From contig PMYD01000101.1 of assembly GCA_003171335.1 (NCBI GenBank), positions 6,952 through 70,951 of the forward strand: a stretch of 64,000 bases of DNA, written 5' to 3'. A program made the position numbers and the translations under genes. Each line of letters starts with the position of its first letter. Position 1 is the stretch's first letter. Below are positions 37,958 through 48,307 of the stretch, in pieces. Source of the DNA: Phycisphaerales bacterium (GTDB lineage: Bacteria; Planctomycetota; Phycisphaerae; SM23-33; FEN-1343). A model generated the notes under the pieces. It was not told where the DNA came from. It did no database searches and was given only the letters and a program-made list of their open reading frames with translations.

Positions 37958-38722
37958 ATGAATCGCGTGATCAAACAAGATGGCTCGGCACGGGCGGCCC
38001 CGGTGGGCCGGCTGGCGGCGTTGAATGTCGCCAATTTCGCCGAGCAGGCGCAGCGGATGATCCTGGAAGCCCGCGCGCAGGCCACCGAAATGCTCGACCG
38101 CGCGCGCGAAAAGGCCGCCCTGGTCGCCGCCGAGACCCAGGTCCAGGCGGAGGTTCTGCGCCGTCAGGCGCACGATCAGGGACTCGCCGCCGGCAGCGAA
38201 GAAGGCTACGCCAAGGGGCTGGCGCAGGGCCAGGCGGATGGGGCGGAGAAAGCGTTCCAGGAGGCCATGAGCCTGTTTAACCGGCAGACCGAGGACTTGC
38301 GCAAGCTGCTCTCGCAAAGCGTCAGCCGGCTGGATGAGGCCCGCGAGCAGGTGCTGCGGCAGGCCCGGGCGGACCTGCTGGAACTTTCGCTGACGATTGC
38401 CGAACGCATTACCGGCGTCCGCGCCCGCGGCGATATCGAGACGGCCCAAACCAACCTGGCCAAGGCCATTGAAATGGTGGCCTGCCGCTCGCAGGTGCAG
38501 ATCCGCGTCTGTCCCGCCCAGCTCAACCAGCTTACCGAGTACGCCAAGGGCTTTCTGGAAGGGATGGGCATGAGCGAATCCACCAGTTTTCTGGCGGATG
38601 AGTCGCTCGCCCCCGGCGATGTGGTGCTCCAAAGCCGCAACGGCCAGGTGGACGCCCGCGTGCAGACGCAACTTTCCAACATCATCAAGGCCATCACCGG
38701 CCGCGAGGAGGCTGTGGCGTGA
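37958..38722 (+). CDS. fliH: Flagellar assembly protein FliH
   Basis: Its position and its coiled-coil/FliH-like pattern support the call. Confidence 0.7.
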   Translation: MNRVIKQDGSARAAPVGRLAALNVANFAEQAQRMILEARAQATEMLDRAREKAALVAAETQVQAEVLRRQAHDQGLAAGSEEGYAKGLAQGQADGAEKAFQEAMSLFNRQTEDLRKLLSQSVSRLDEAREQVLRQARADLLELSLTIAERITGVRARGDIETAQTNLAKAIEMVACRSQVQIRVCPAQLNQLTEYAKGFLEGMGMSESTSFLADESLAPGDVVLQSRNGQVDARVQTQLSNIIKAITGREEAVA

Positions 38723-40050
38723 GTTTCCTGGCTCCGTACATCCAGATCGCGCGGCGGGCCCTGCCGGTGGGCGTGACCGGGCGCGTGACGGGCGTGCGCG
38801 GGCTGACGGTGCAGGCGTCGGATTTTGGCGTGCCGGTAGGCGCCACCTGCCGCATCCGCCGCAACGGGCAGAACATTGAAGGACGGGTCATCGGCTTTGC
38901 CGAGGAGAGCACGCTGGTGATGCCCATGGGGTCGACCGCCGGCATCGGTCGCGGCGACCGCATCGAGCTGACGGCCGGCGAGCAGGCCATCAGCGTGGGC
39001 CCCGGCATGCTGGGCCGCGTGCTGAACGCCTTCGCCCAGCCGATTGATGAGGCCGGGCCGATGAAGACCGAGTCGCGCCGGCCCATCTGGCCCGAGCCGA
39101 TCGATCCGCTGGAGCGCCAGCGCATCTCCGAACCCATCGGCACGGGCATCCGCGCCATCGACGCCTTGATGACCGTGGGCCGCGGCCAGCGCATCAGCAT
39201 TCTCTCGGGCCCGGGCGTGGGCAAGAGTGTGCTGATGGGCATGATCAGCCGCTACACCTCCGCCGACGTGACGGTCATCGCCCTGGTGGGCGAGCGCGGC
39301 CGCGAGGTGCGCGATTTCATCGAGCGCGACCTGGGCACGGAGGGCATGCGCAAGGCCGTGGTGGTCGTGGCTACGGGCGATGAGCCGCCGCTGGTGCGCG
39401 TGCAGGCCGGGGCCGTGGCGACGGCCATTGCCGAGTACTTCCGCGACCAGGGCGGCCACGTGCTGCTGCTGATGGACTCGCTGACCCGCTTGGCTATGGC
39501 CCAGCGCCAGATCGGCCTGGTGGCGGGCGAACCGCCTACGACCAAGGGCTACACGCCCAGCGTTTTCAACCTGCTGCCCGAACTGCTCGAGCGCAGCGGG
39601 CGCATTGGGAGCGGGTCGATCACCGGCTTTTACACCGTGCTGGTCGAAGGCGACGACATGACCGAGCCCATCGCCGATGCCGTGCGGAGCATCACCGATG
39701 GGCATCTGTGGCTCAGCCGCGCCTTGGCCAATCGGGGGCATTACCCCGCGATCGACATTCTGGAGAGCGTCAGCCGCGTGATGATCGATGTGACAGATGG
39801 CGCGCACCTGGCCGCCGCACGCGAGATTCAGCGCAGTATGGCCACGTACCGAGATATCGAGGACCTGGTGAACCTGGGGGCGTATTCCCCCGGCTCCAAT
39901 CCCGAGGCGGACCAGGCCATCAAGGCCCATCCGCTGGTGGATGAATTCCTGCGGCAGACGATCGGGCAGGGCTGCCGGTTTTCCGAGGCCCGCGCATCGC
40001 TGCTTCACCTGGCCGAGCGAACCCGCCGCCTGGTTCCGCACCGGCAGTAG
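38719..40050 (+). CDS. fliI: Flagellum-specific ATPase FliI
   Basis: It has a Walker A motif (GPGVGKS) and the F1-like ATPase pattern. Confidence 0.95.
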   Translation: MSFLAPYIQIARRALPVGVTGRVTGVRGLTVQASDFGVPVGATCRIRRNGQNIEGRVIGFAEESTLVMPMGSTAGIGRGDRIELTAGEQAISVGPGMLGRVLNAFAQPIDEAGPMKTESRRPIWPEPIDPLERQRISEPIGTGIRAIDALMTVGRGQRISILSGPGVGKSVLMGMISRYTSADVTVIALVGERGREVRDFIERDLGTEGMRKAVVVVATGDEPPLVRVQAGAVATAIAEYFRDQGGHVLLLMDSLTRLAMAQRQIGLVAGEPPTTKGYTPSVFNLLPELLERSGRIGSGSITGFYTVLVEGDDMTEPIADAVRSITDGHLWLSRALANRGHYPAIDILESVSRVMIDVTDGAHLAAAREIQRSMATYRDIEDLVNLGAYSPGSNPEADQAIKAHPLVDEFLRQTIGQGCRFSEARASLLHLAERTRRLVPHRQ

Positions 40051-40214
40051 AGGCTAGAGGCGGCGAGGAACGGCCGCAGAAGAACAGGCGTGCAGTTGAG
40101 TCGAGAGAAACAGGAAAGGCGAGGTTTGAAAATGACTGAGGCGCAGAGAAAAGCGGGACATTCCTCCTCTCCCGCCGTACCTGCAGCCTCCAGTCTCCAG
40201 CCTCCAGCCTAGCC

Positions 40215-40679
40215 ATGGCAAAAGCCTTCAAATTTCGAGCCGAGCCCGTGCTAAAGATCCGGCAGCGCGCCGAGCAGGCGGCCATGCGGCGCCTGGCGGA
40301 GGCGCGAAGCCGGGTGACGGGCATTGAGCAGGAGCTCACTCGCCTGCGCGGCCTGCTGGCGCAGCAGGACCAGCTCGTGCGGCAGGAAATGCTCACCCGC
40401 CGCGTGGATGTGCAGTACATCAGCCTGTACCGGCGGCACGTCATGGCGCTGCACCGGCGGATCGTCGAGCAGGACGGCAAGCTGCGCGCTGCCGCACTGG
40501 AATTCCAGCAGGCTCGCGGGGCGGCCCTTCAGGCCCGCCGGCACCGCCGGGTGCTCGGCACGCTGAAGGACAAGCTGTACGCCCGCTACCGCGCCGAGGC
40601 CGACCGGCTCGAGCGGCGGCAGATGGACGAAGTGGGTTCGATCGCCCATGCGCGCCGCTTGGCGCTGGAGGAGAACTAA
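40215..40679 (+). CDS. fliJ: Flagellar export protein FliJ
   Basis: It has the FliJ coiled-coil pattern and lies after fliI. Confidence 0.6.
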   Translation: MAKAFKFRAEPVLKIRQRAEQAAMRRLAEARSRVTGIEQELTRLRGLLAQQDQLVRQEMLTRRVDVQYISLYRRHVMALHRRIVEQDGKLRAAALEFQQARGAALQARRHRRVLGTLKDKLYARYRAEADRLERRQMDEVGSIAHARRLALEEN

Positions 40680-40682
40680 CCC

Positions 40683-41300
40683 ATGCTGCGCGGCATTTAC
40701 AACGGCCTGGCGCTGGTGTGCATGGTGGTGGCGCTCTCGGTGGCCATCGTCGTGCTGACCCTGTCGACCAAGGGCCGGCTCAGCGCCGAGAACCGCGCAG
40801 CCATGGCCCGCATGCTGCGCGGCGAGCCCCTCGCCGCCGAAGCGCCCACCTCGCGTCCGGCGGCAACGCAGCCGGCCCAGAGGCGCGATGTGTCGGAGCA
40901 GGTGACGCGCAACCAGGAGATGGCCGAGATGGACAACCTGGTGCTGCAGCGCCACCTGGAGGAACTGAACCATCAGCGCCTCCAACTGGAAGCGCTTCAG
41001 CGGCAGGTGGCCCAGGAGCGGGCCTCGCTGCGGGAGGAACGGCTGGCCTGGGCTCGCGCCATCGACGCCGCCCAGCAGGATAAGCACGGCGAGGCCTTCG
41101 CCCGGCAGCTCAAGCTGTTCGAATCACTGGCGTCCAAGCAGGTCAAGGACATCCTGATGGACATGAACGAAGACCTGGCGGCGAATTACCTGAGCGCCAT
41201 GAAACGCGAAATGGCGGCCGACGTCATGTCGCGCTTCAAGAACCCCCAGGAGCGGCAGTTCCTCGACCACGTGCTGGAGCGGATGCGCAAATCGTCCTGA
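40683..41300 (+). CDS. Hypothetical flagellar-operon protein (positional analogue of Bacillus ylxF)
   Basis: It has an N-terminal TM helix and a coiled coil. No confident family assignment was possible. Confidence 0.4.
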   Translation: MLRGIYNGLALVCMVVALSVAIVVLTLSTKGRLSAENRAAMARMLRGEPLAAEAPTSRPAATQPAQRRDVSEQVTRNQEMAEMDNLVLQRHLEELNHQRLQLEALQRQVAQERASLREERLAWARAIDAAQQDKHGEAFARQLKLFESLASKQVKDILMDMNEDLAANYLSAMKREMAADVMSRFKNPQERQFLDHVLERMRKSS

Positions 41301-41313
41301 TTAGAGGTCGCCC

Positions 41314-42885
41314 ATGCTGGTAGACATGATTAAACAGCTTGCCCCCACGTTGGCGCCGCCGGCGGCCGTCGGCGGCGGTGCGGCCACGCTGAAAGAGTCG
41401 GTGTTCGACAAGCTCTTCAACTCGCCGCCGCCCAAGCCCGCGCCGCGGCGTGCGGCCGCCACGGATGACCATTCGCACGATGGCCGTCCCGAGGTTGGCA
41501 GCGGGTGGCAAACCGCCGATGCCGGCAAGGATGGCGGCGCCAATGCGGCGGCCCCCGTCTCCAGCTCGACCGGCGGGGGGCACCATCAGCCGCACAAGGA
41601 TAACGGCAAAGAGAGCGACAAATCCGCGGCTGCTGCTAAACCGACCGCCGACGCCTCCGTCGATTCGGCCTCGCCATCCGGCTCGGCCGACACCTCCGCA
41701 GCGGCCACCAGCGATGCGGCCGCTGCCGCCAAGGGGTCTGCGGCTGGGGGACCAGAATTGGCCCAGGCCTCCCAAACCGCCACCAGCCAGACCCAGGTCC
41801 TCACCGCCGCCCAAACGAACGAGACGGTGGCAAAACTGACTGGCAGTGAAGCGGAGAAGTCCTCTTCAACAAGTTCCACATCGGCTCCGGCTGACACGTC
41901 GGCAAAGCCTGAGGTGGCCTTACAGGCAGGCAAGCAGGAATCTGCCGCGGTGGGGACTACGGACATCTCGAAAGGCTTGGATGTTTCGACCACTGCCGCC
42001 TCCGATTCCGCTTCGCTCATCCCAGCGAAAACCGAGGCCGGCAGGGCGGTTGCTACGGCCGAAACGACCAAGGCCGCAAGGACGGAGAAGCCTTCAGCCG
42101 CCACGGCCAAATCTTCCGGGACCCAGGCGAAGTCCCAGGCAAACCTCGCCGAGCCGGCCACGCCCGAGCCGGCGCAGGCGAATCGCTCGCGGTCGGTAAT
42201 GCACGGACGGTCGGATGAATCCGTCCGCGACCAGGCCGATCAAACAAACGCCCCGGCCGACCAGTCCGCACCGGCGGATCCGGCCACCGGGCAAGCTGCC
42301 ACGTCGCATGCGACATCCGACATGACCGGCTCGGCCGCACGCGACGGCTTGTTAAGCATTCAGGGTGGCCCTGCGGCTCAAGCCGGCCAGACACACAATC
42401 AGACCGCCCAGACTGCCGCACAGAATGCCGCCGCGGCCGCGGCTTTGCCGCCGGGTCTTGAGCCGGATGTGGATCAGCTGGCCGCCCGGACCGTGCGCTG
42501 GCAGAACCTGGGCGTGCTGGACCAGGGGGGGACGGCGCGAATTCGGCTGTCCCCGCCGGAACTGGGCAGCGTGCAGGTGGCGCTCCAGACCGTGGACAAC
42601 GTGGTGCACGTGCAGTTGACGGTGGAAAGCGAATCCGTCCGCCAGCTCCTGCAAAGCCACAGCGACCGGCTGGTGCAGAGCCTGCAATCGCACGGGCTGA
42701 CGGCGGCCAACGTGCAGGTGTCGATCGAAACGCCCTCGGGCCGTCTGAACGAGCAGGACACGCGCGATGGCGGCCAGGGGCAAGGCCAGGGCCAGGACCC
42801 GCAGGACACCGGCCAGCAGCCCCGTCAGGGCGGCCGGGATGAAACATTCCAGCAGCGCCAGGAAGAATTGAACCTCACTGCCTAG
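41314..42885 (+). CDS. fliK: Flagellar hook-length control protein FliK
   Basis: A low-complexity N-terminal region is followed by a C-terminal Flg_hook domain (RIRLSPPELGSVQVAL). Confidence 0.75.
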   Translation: MLVDMIKQLAPTLAPPAAVGGGAATLKESVFDKLFNSPPPKPAPRRAAATDDHSHDGRPEVGSGWQTADAGKDGGANAAAPVSSSTGGGHHQPHKDNGKESDKSAAAAKPTADASVDSASPSGSADTSAAATSDAAAAAKGSAAGGPELAQASQTATSQTQVLTAAQTNETVAKLTGSEAEKSSSTSSTSAPADTSAKPEVALQAGKQESAAVGTTDISKGLDVSTTAASDSASLIPAKTEAGRAVATAETTKAARTEKPSAATAKSSGTQAKSQANLAEPATPEPAQANRSRSVMHGRSDESVRDQADQTNAPADQSAPADPATGQAATSHATSDMTGSAARDGLLSIQGGPAAQAGQTHNQTAQTAAQNAAAAAALPPGLEPDVDQLAARTVRWQNLGVLDQGGTARIRLSPPELGSVQVALQTVDNVVHVQLTVESESVRQLLQSHSDRLVQSLQSHGLTAANVQVSIETPSGRLNEQDTRDGGQGQGQGQDPQDTGQQPRQGGRDETFQQRQEELNLTA

Positions 42886-42901
42886 ATAAAGGAGACACGA
42901 T

Positions 42902-43387
42902 ATGAGTGTCAGCGCCCTCAGCAGTAGCATGACCGCGGCGGATACTTCGACCGCGGCGACCAGTGGAAGCGGCAAGGGTATCGATTCACTGAATTCGGCC
43001 GATTTCCTGAACCTGCTCGTCGCCGAGCTTGGCAACCAGGACCCCTTCCAGCCCATGACCAACCAGGACCTGATGAATGAAGTTGGCTCGATCCGCAACC
43101 TCCAGATGAATGACACGCTGAACCAGTCGCTCCAGAATCTCACGATGCAGGACAACATGGCCGCCGCCTCGAACATGATCGGTCAGACTGTCGTCGGCAC
43201 GGTGGCCGCCGCGGGCGCCAACAGCACGGCCACCACGGTTACCGGCATCGTGACCGGTGTTCAGATTTCCAACAGCCAGGTGCAGCTTGCACTGGATAAC
43301 GGCACGCTGTTGAGCATGAGCAATGTAACCCAGGTGGGTTCGGTGCCCACCGCCACGGATGGCTCAACCACCGGACAGACAGGCTGA
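42902..43387 (+). CDS. flgD: Flagellar hook assembly/capping protein FlgD
   Basis: The protein shows the FlgD signature DFLNLLVAELGNQDPFQPM. Confidence 0.85.
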   Translation: MSVSALSSSMTAADTSTAATSGSGKGIDSLNSADFLNLLVAELGNQDPFQPMTNQDLMNEVGSIRNLQMNDTLNQSLQNLTMQDNMAAASNMIGQTVVGTVAAAGANSTATTVTGIVTGVQISNSQVQLALDNGTLLSMSNVTQVGSVPTATDGSTTGQTG

Positions 43388-43394
43388 TTCGGCC

Positions 43395-43802
43395 ATGGCA
43401 ACGCCCGTCCAACCAAACTCGGGGTTTTCGGCGGCCATCGGGCAAACGGCCAAGCCCGGCCGGTCGGCCGGCGTGCAGGCCCAGCCGGCCGCGCCCGGCG
43501 GCGCCAGTTTTGCCGACACCCTGGCCAAGGCCGCCGAAGCACACCGCCTGAAGTTCAGCGCGCACGCCCAGAAGCGACTGGCCAGTCGCGACATCGCCAT
43601 GGACGACGGCAAGCTTGGCCGGCTGTCGCAGGCGATCGATCAGGCCGCGGCCAGGGGCGCCCGCGACAGCCTCATGCTCATGGATGACCTGGGGCTGATC
43701 GTCAACGTCCCCAGCCGCACGGTGGTGACCGCCATGAACGCCGGCGGCATGGAGCACGGAGTGATTACCAACATCGATTCGACCGTCATTATCCGCTCGT
43801 AG
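43395..43802 (+). CDS. Flagellar operon protein (TIGR02530-like) between flgD and flgE
   Basis: Its position and size are as in the Bacillus and spirochaete operons. Confidence 0.45.
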   Translation: MATPVQPNSGFSAAIGQTAKPGRSAGVQAQPAAPGGASFADTLAKAAEAHRLKFSAHAQKRLASRDIAMDDGKLGRLSQAIDQAAARGARDSLMLMDDLGLIVNVPSRTVVTAMNAGGMEHGVITNIDSTVIIRS

Positions 43803-43895
43803 CGGGACAACCAGTGGGGTGGATCCCGGCCGCGGCCGGGAAGCCCCGGGGCCGCCGATCGACTGACGCGGCCCACTTGTGCAAGGAGTCACACG

Positions 43896-45575
43896 ATGCC
43901 GTTAACAACCGCTCTGTACACGGGGCTCAGCGGCCTGACCGTCAACCAGGTCGCGCTGGACGTCATTGGCAACAACATTTCCAACGTCAACACGTACGCC
44001 TTCAAGGGCTCGCGGCCGCTGTTCGATCCGGAGTTCTCCCAGACCTACAACATGGGCTCCGCGCCGGGCGCCGTTTACGGCGGCAGCAACCCGTACCAGA
44101 AGGGCTTAGGCGCTGTCACCAGCGGCATCCAACGGGATTTCGGCCAGGGCAACATCAAGCCCACGAAGGCAGGCGACATGGCCATCCAGGGCGATGGCAT
44201 GTTCGTCCTGGATGGGCCCCAGCGGTCCTACACGCGTAACGGGGCGTTTCAAGTGAATTCGGCGGAGTATTTGGTGTCCGGCGATGGGAACTACCTCCTG
44301 GGTTACGGCGTGGACAAAAACTTCAATGTTATTCCCGGCAAGCTGCAACGGATTCAGATTCCCAAAGACATGGTCATCGTCCAGCCTACCAGCGAAATGC
44401 AATTACAAGGCGACCTGAATCCTTCAGGCATTGTGGCGACCCAAGGCACCGTCCTGCAATCGACGGCCATCCAGATGAGTGATGGGTCCGCTGTGCTGGA
44501 TACCAGTCACTTGGTGGACCTGCTCAATGCCAGCGGCCTGCAAATGTTCAATGTCGGCGACACCCTCACGTTGTCCGCCGATCGGGGCGGAAACACTGCC
44601 CCCACGCAGACAATGGTCGTCAGTGACACCACCTCGGTGGGCGATCTGATGAACATGATGGCCGGCAACATGGGCGTCAACACGGATCCCAGCCTCCCCA
44701 AACCGGGCGGGTGCGGTATTCAGGACCTGGGCAACGGGCAATATGCCATGGTCATTACAGGCAACGTTGGCGCAGCCAACGCGCTAAAGGTTGATTCCTT
44801 GACCAGCAGTTTTTCGACCGTGGGTATTCCCAGCTTCTCTCAGACGCAGGCGGCCGTTGGCGAAAGCGTCGAAACGACCCAAAGTGTATACGACTCTTTG
44901 GGCAACAAAGTTGCGCTGGACCTGACCTTCGTCTACCAATCGAAGAATGCGGCCGGCGGTACGACCTGGCGGTTTTTTGCCAACAGTCCTGACAACAGCG
45001 GCGGCTCCAGTATGGTCGGCACGGGCACGGCCAACTTCGATGCCAAGGGGAATTTCATTAACTCCACTGGGGGCACCGTCTCAATCAACCGCTCCGGATC
45101 GGGCGCCTTGAGCCCCCTGGATATCAGTCTCAATATGGACCTGGTTCAAGCCGTGAGTCCCGAGAATAGTTCGGCGACTAGCACTATGACCGCGCTATCG
45201 CAGGACGGTTACGCTGCTGGCACATTTGACACTTACAGTGTGAGTGGTGATGGCATGATCGAGGCGGCCTTTTCCAACGGGCAGAAGCGCACGCTGGGCC
45301 AGGTCGCCTTGGCCACCTTCGGCAATTACGCCGGCCTCATCGACGCGGGCAACAACACCTTTGTACCTGGTCCCGACAGCGGCGATGCGACCATAGGAAC
45401 CCCGACCAACAACGGTGCGGGCGTGATCAAGGACGGCTCCCTCGAGACCTCCAACGTGGATATCTCCACGGAATTCGTGGACCTGATTACGACCAGCGCC
45501 GGCTTTTCCGCCTCCAGCCGGGTCATCACCACGGCCAACACGCTGCTGACCGACCTGCTGTCGATCATGCGGTAG
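43896..45575 (+). CDS. flgE: Flagellar hook protein FlgE
   Basis: It has the FlgE N- and C-terminal conserved segments. Confidence 0.9.
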   Translation: MPLTTALYTGLSGLTVNQVALDVIGNNISNVNTYAFKGSRPLFDPEFSQTYNMGSAPGAVYGGSNPYQKGLGAVTSGIQRDFGQGNIKPTKAGDMAIQGDGMFVLDGPQRSYTRNGAFQVNSAEYLVSGDGNYLLGYGVDKNFNVIPGKLQRIQIPKDMVIVQPTSEMQLQGDLNPSGIVATQGTVLQSTAIQMSDGSAVLDTSHLVDLLNASGLQMFNVGDTLTLSADRGGNTAPTQTMVVSDTTSVGDLMNMMAGNMGVNTDPSLPKPGGCGIQDLGNGQYAMVITGNVGAANALKVDSLTSSFSTVGIPSFSQTQAAVGESVETTQSVYDSLGNKVALDLTFVYQSKNAAGGTTWRFFANSPDNSGGSSMVGTGTANFDAKGNFINSTGGTVSINRSGSGALSPLDISLNMDLVQAVSPENSSATSTMTALSQDGYAAGTFDTYSVSGDGMIEAAFSNGQKRTLGQVALATFGNYAGLIDAGNNTFVPGPDSGDATIGTPTNNGAGVIKDGSLETSNVDISTEFVDLITTSAGFSASSRVITTANTLLTDLLSIMR

Positions 45576-45647
45576 CGCGTGGGGTTGGTGGAAGAAGGCT
45601 GCGGCGGCGGTCGCACGGGAAGAACGAACAAGAGAAGGCGATTGGAC

Positions 45648-45872
45648 ATGATTACGGTCACCCGGCTCAACAGCCAGGCGCTGGTCATCAACGCGGAGCT
45701 GATCAAATTCATCGAGCACACTCCGGACACGATGATCACGCTGACCACGGGCGAGCGGATCATGGTCCGCGAGACGGTGAAGGAAGTGGTGGCCCGGGCG
45801 ATCCAGTACGGCCGGCAGGTGCGGGCGTTCTGGAGCGTCCCGGTGGATGGTCCGCTGGGCCCGCCGGAGTAG
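45648..45872 (+). CDS. flbD: Flagellar protein FlbD
   Basis: The protein reads MITVTRLNSQALVINAELIKFIEHTPDTMITLTTGERIMVRE, which matches FlbD. Confidence 0.75.
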   Translation: MITVTRLNSQALVINAELIKFIEHTPDTMITLTTGERIMVRETVKEVVARAIQYGRQVRAFWSVPVDGPLGPPE

Positions 45873-45922
45873 GGCGCTTCAGCGCCAGGCGGGCCGGTTG
45901 GCCGAATTCGGGCCGGCAAATA

Positions 45923-45930
45923 GCCGATAA
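45923..45930 (+). promoter_or_regulatory. Sigma-28-type -10 element GCCGATAA upstream of motA
   Basis: It is an exact match to the FliA -10 consensus, 54 bp upstream of the motA start. The -35 element is weak. Confidence 0.35.
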
Positions 45931-45983
45931 GGAAGGAATGAAGGCGGCAAACCGGCGCGGCGGGTCCGCGCAAGGAGGCGGCT

Positions 45984-46751
45984 TTGGATATTGCGTCTGT
46001 CATCGGCCTGGTCATGGGCCTGGCCATCCTGCTGTACACGGCCTGCAGTGGTGGCGAACCGGGGTTTTTCGTGGATTACCCCGCCATCGCCCTGATTCTG
46101 GGCGGTACGGCCGCCGCCGTGTGTCTGAGCTTCCCCATGAAGGCGGTGCTGGGCGCCGGGAAGGTGATCAAGCAGGCTTTTTTTAACAAAGCCCCCAATT
46201 TCACGAAGGTCATTGCCGACATGGTCAGTTACGCCGAGGTGGCCCGGCGCGACGGCATTTTGAGCCTGGAGAACATGACCAAGGACATCAAGGATGAGTT
46301 CGTGGTCAAGGGCATCCAGATGGCGGTCGACGGGCTGGACCCGGAGGTGATCGAGCAGATCCTTCACAGCGAGCTGGAGTGCATGGCCGAGCGGCACGTG
46401 CGGGCCAAGGGCTTGATGGATGCATACGTGAAGTACGGCCCGGCGTACGGCATGATCGGCACACTGTTCGGCCTGGCGGAAATGTTCAAGAACGTCGATG
46501 ACCCCAAGAAGATCGGCCCGGGCATGGCCGTGGCCCTGCTGGCGACGCTGTACGGCTGCATCGTGGCCAACGTGTTGGCCGGCCCGATCGGAGATAAGCT
46601 CAGCCGCCTGAGCGATGATGAGCAGCTCGCCAAGCAGATCGTCATTCGCGGCATCATGAGTATCCAGAGCGGCGACAACCCGCGCATCGTCGAGCAGAAG
46701 CTCAAGAGCTTCCTGCCACCCAAGCTGAGGGCCTCGATGGCGCCGGCATAG
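45984..46751 (+). CDS. motA: Flagellar motor stator protein MotA
   Basis: It shows the MotA/TolQ/ExbB pattern. Confidence 0.9.
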   Translation: MDIASVIGLVMGLAILLYTACSGGEPGFFVDYPAIALILGGTAAAVCLSFPMKAVLGAGKVIKQAFFNKAPNFTKVIADMVSYAEVARRDGILSLENMTKDIKDEFVVKGIQMAVDGLDPEVIEQILHSELECMAERHVRAKGLMDAYVKYGPAYGMIGTLFGLAEMFKNVDDPKKIGPGMAVALLATLYGCIVANVLAGPIGDKLSRLSDDEQLAKQIVIRGIMSIQSGDNPRIVEQKLKSFLPPKLRASMAPA

Positions 46752-46797
46752 CAGGCGAAAAGACATTCGGACAGACATGGGAGCACAGGTATTGTCC

Positions 46798-46926
46798 CCA
46801 CAGGAGCGAAATCTTCGCTCCTGTGGGAAGACCACAATGGGTCGTGGTGTGGCGTCAGGCCCTGCACAACGACTCCGGAGTTTCCGGAGTCAGTATGTGT
46901 AACAGGGGCGAAACTTTCGCCCCTGA
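46798..46926. promoter_or_regulatory. Two strong hairpins between motA and motB: CCCACAGGAGCGAAatcTTCGCTCCTGTGGG and GTGTAACAGGGGCGAAActTTCGCCCCTG
   Basis: The perfect 14-bp and 11-bp stems can be read directly. Confidence 0.6.
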
Positions 46927-46983
46927 AGACGCGGCATCAGTCATCAAACGAATTCGTTCTACAGACGCTCATAGAGGTTCGCC

Positions 46984-47763
46984 ATGGCCAAACAGCATAA
47001 GGAAGTCGGGCACAACATCGGCCCCTGGCTGCTGACCTACGCCGACATGGTGACGCTGATGTTGGGCTGCTTCGTCATGCTGGCCTCGATGAGCGAGCCG
47101 GTGAAGAAGGATTCCGAGCGGTATCGCCAGGCGGTGCAGAGCATTCAGCGCGCCTTCGGCCTGCCGGGCTGGTTCGGCAATACCACCGGGCAGCAAGGCA
47201 GCAAGGTGACCGCCGAGCAGTTGGTCGAAGCCGTGGCGGCCAAGGCCGAGGAACTGGCGGCCACCCACAGCAACGAGAAGGGCCTGCCCGGCCGCGACTC
47301 GGCCGTCAAGACAATGTATGTTGGCCCACAATACGCCATTGGCGGGGCCGTGCCTTTTGACGAGAATTCCGCCGTCCTGTCGGACAGCGCCAAGAACGAC
47401 CTGCGAAAAATCGTCGACCAGATCCGCGGGCTGACGATGAAGGTGGAGATTGTCGGGCACACCTCCAAGGTGCCGCTGCCCAAGGGGTCGCCGTATCGCG
47501 ACCACTGGGATCTTTCCTCTGCGCGGGCTCGGGCCGTTCTGGACTGGCTTTCCGACCCGACGCAGGGCGGCATCGCCTCCAACCGGCTGCGCCTGTGCGC
47601 GTGCGGCTCCACTCAGCCGCTGCGCGATCCGGCCTATAACCGCACCGACTGGACGTTTAACGATCGTGTCGAGGTCCTGCTCACCGAGGCCCTGGTGAGC
47701 GACTACGAGGAAGTGGCCGCGCCGATGAGTACCGCTTGGGACGGCACCGCCGCTTCCAACTGA
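46984..47763 (+). CDS. motB: Flagellar motor protein MotB (OmpA-like)
   Basis: It has an N-terminal TM segment with LLTYADMVTLMLGCF and a C-terminal OmpA domain. Confidence 0.9.
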   Translation: MAKQHKEVGHNIGPWLLTYADMVTLMLGCFVMLASMSEPVKKDSERYRQAVQSIQRAFGLPGWFGNTTGQQGSKVTAEQLVEAVAAKAEELAATHSNEKGLPGRDSAVKTMYVGPQYAIGGAVPFDENSAVLSDSAKNDLRKIVDQIRGLTMKVEIVGHTSKVPLPKGSPYRDHWDLSSARARAVLDWLSDPTQGGIASNRLRLCACGSTQPLRDPAYNRTDWTFNDRVEVLLTEALVSDYEEVAAPMSTAWDGTAASN

Positions 47764-47775
47764 CAGGAGTCGATT

Positions 47776-48303
47776 ATGGCAGAAGAAACCAAGAAACCCG
47801 CCCCGTCGCCGGCCGAGAAGACCACGGAGACCCCCAAACGCAAGCCGCCGCTGCGGTCGATCCTGATTCTGGTGGTCATTATGGTGGTCGAGGCGGGCAT
47901 CTTCGGCGGGCTGATGCTGGCCATGCGGCCCAAGGATGCCGGCGGCGCCGAGCGTGAGCACCCGCTGCCCACCCAGCCGGTCGATACGAGCGTGGAGATC
48001 AAGCTGGATCAGTTCCGCGCCCCCAATTTCCAGACCGGGGCGACGGTTTTTTATGATCTGAGCATTCACCTGAAGGTGGACCTGGTGAGCAAGGAACTGG
48101 TCAGCGGCCTGATCGACAAGCACAAGGCGATGCTGGGCGATCGGCTGCGGGCGATCGTAGCCGAGGCCGAACCGCGGTACTTCTCCGAGACCCAGTTGAC
48201 GACCCTCAAGGGCCGAATCCAGGCCATGATGGATTCGGTGATCGGCGAGGGGATGGTCAAGGAGGTGCTGATTCCCGAGTGCATGCCGTTCAAGGCGCCT
48301 TGA
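47776..48303 (+). CDS. fliL: Flagellar basal-body-associated protein FliL
   Basis: It has a single TM segment plus a FliL-like domain, and lies after motB. Confidence 0.7.
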   Translation: MAEETKKPAPSPAEKTTETPKRKPPLRSILILVVIMVVEAGIFGGLMLAMRPKDAGGAEREHPLPTQPVDTSVEIKLDQFRAPNFQTGATVFYDLSIHLKVDLVSKELVSGLIDKHKAMLGDRLRAIVAEAEPRYFSETQLTTLKGRIQAMMDSVIGEGMVKEVLIPECMPFKAP

Positions 48304-48307
48304 GAAC

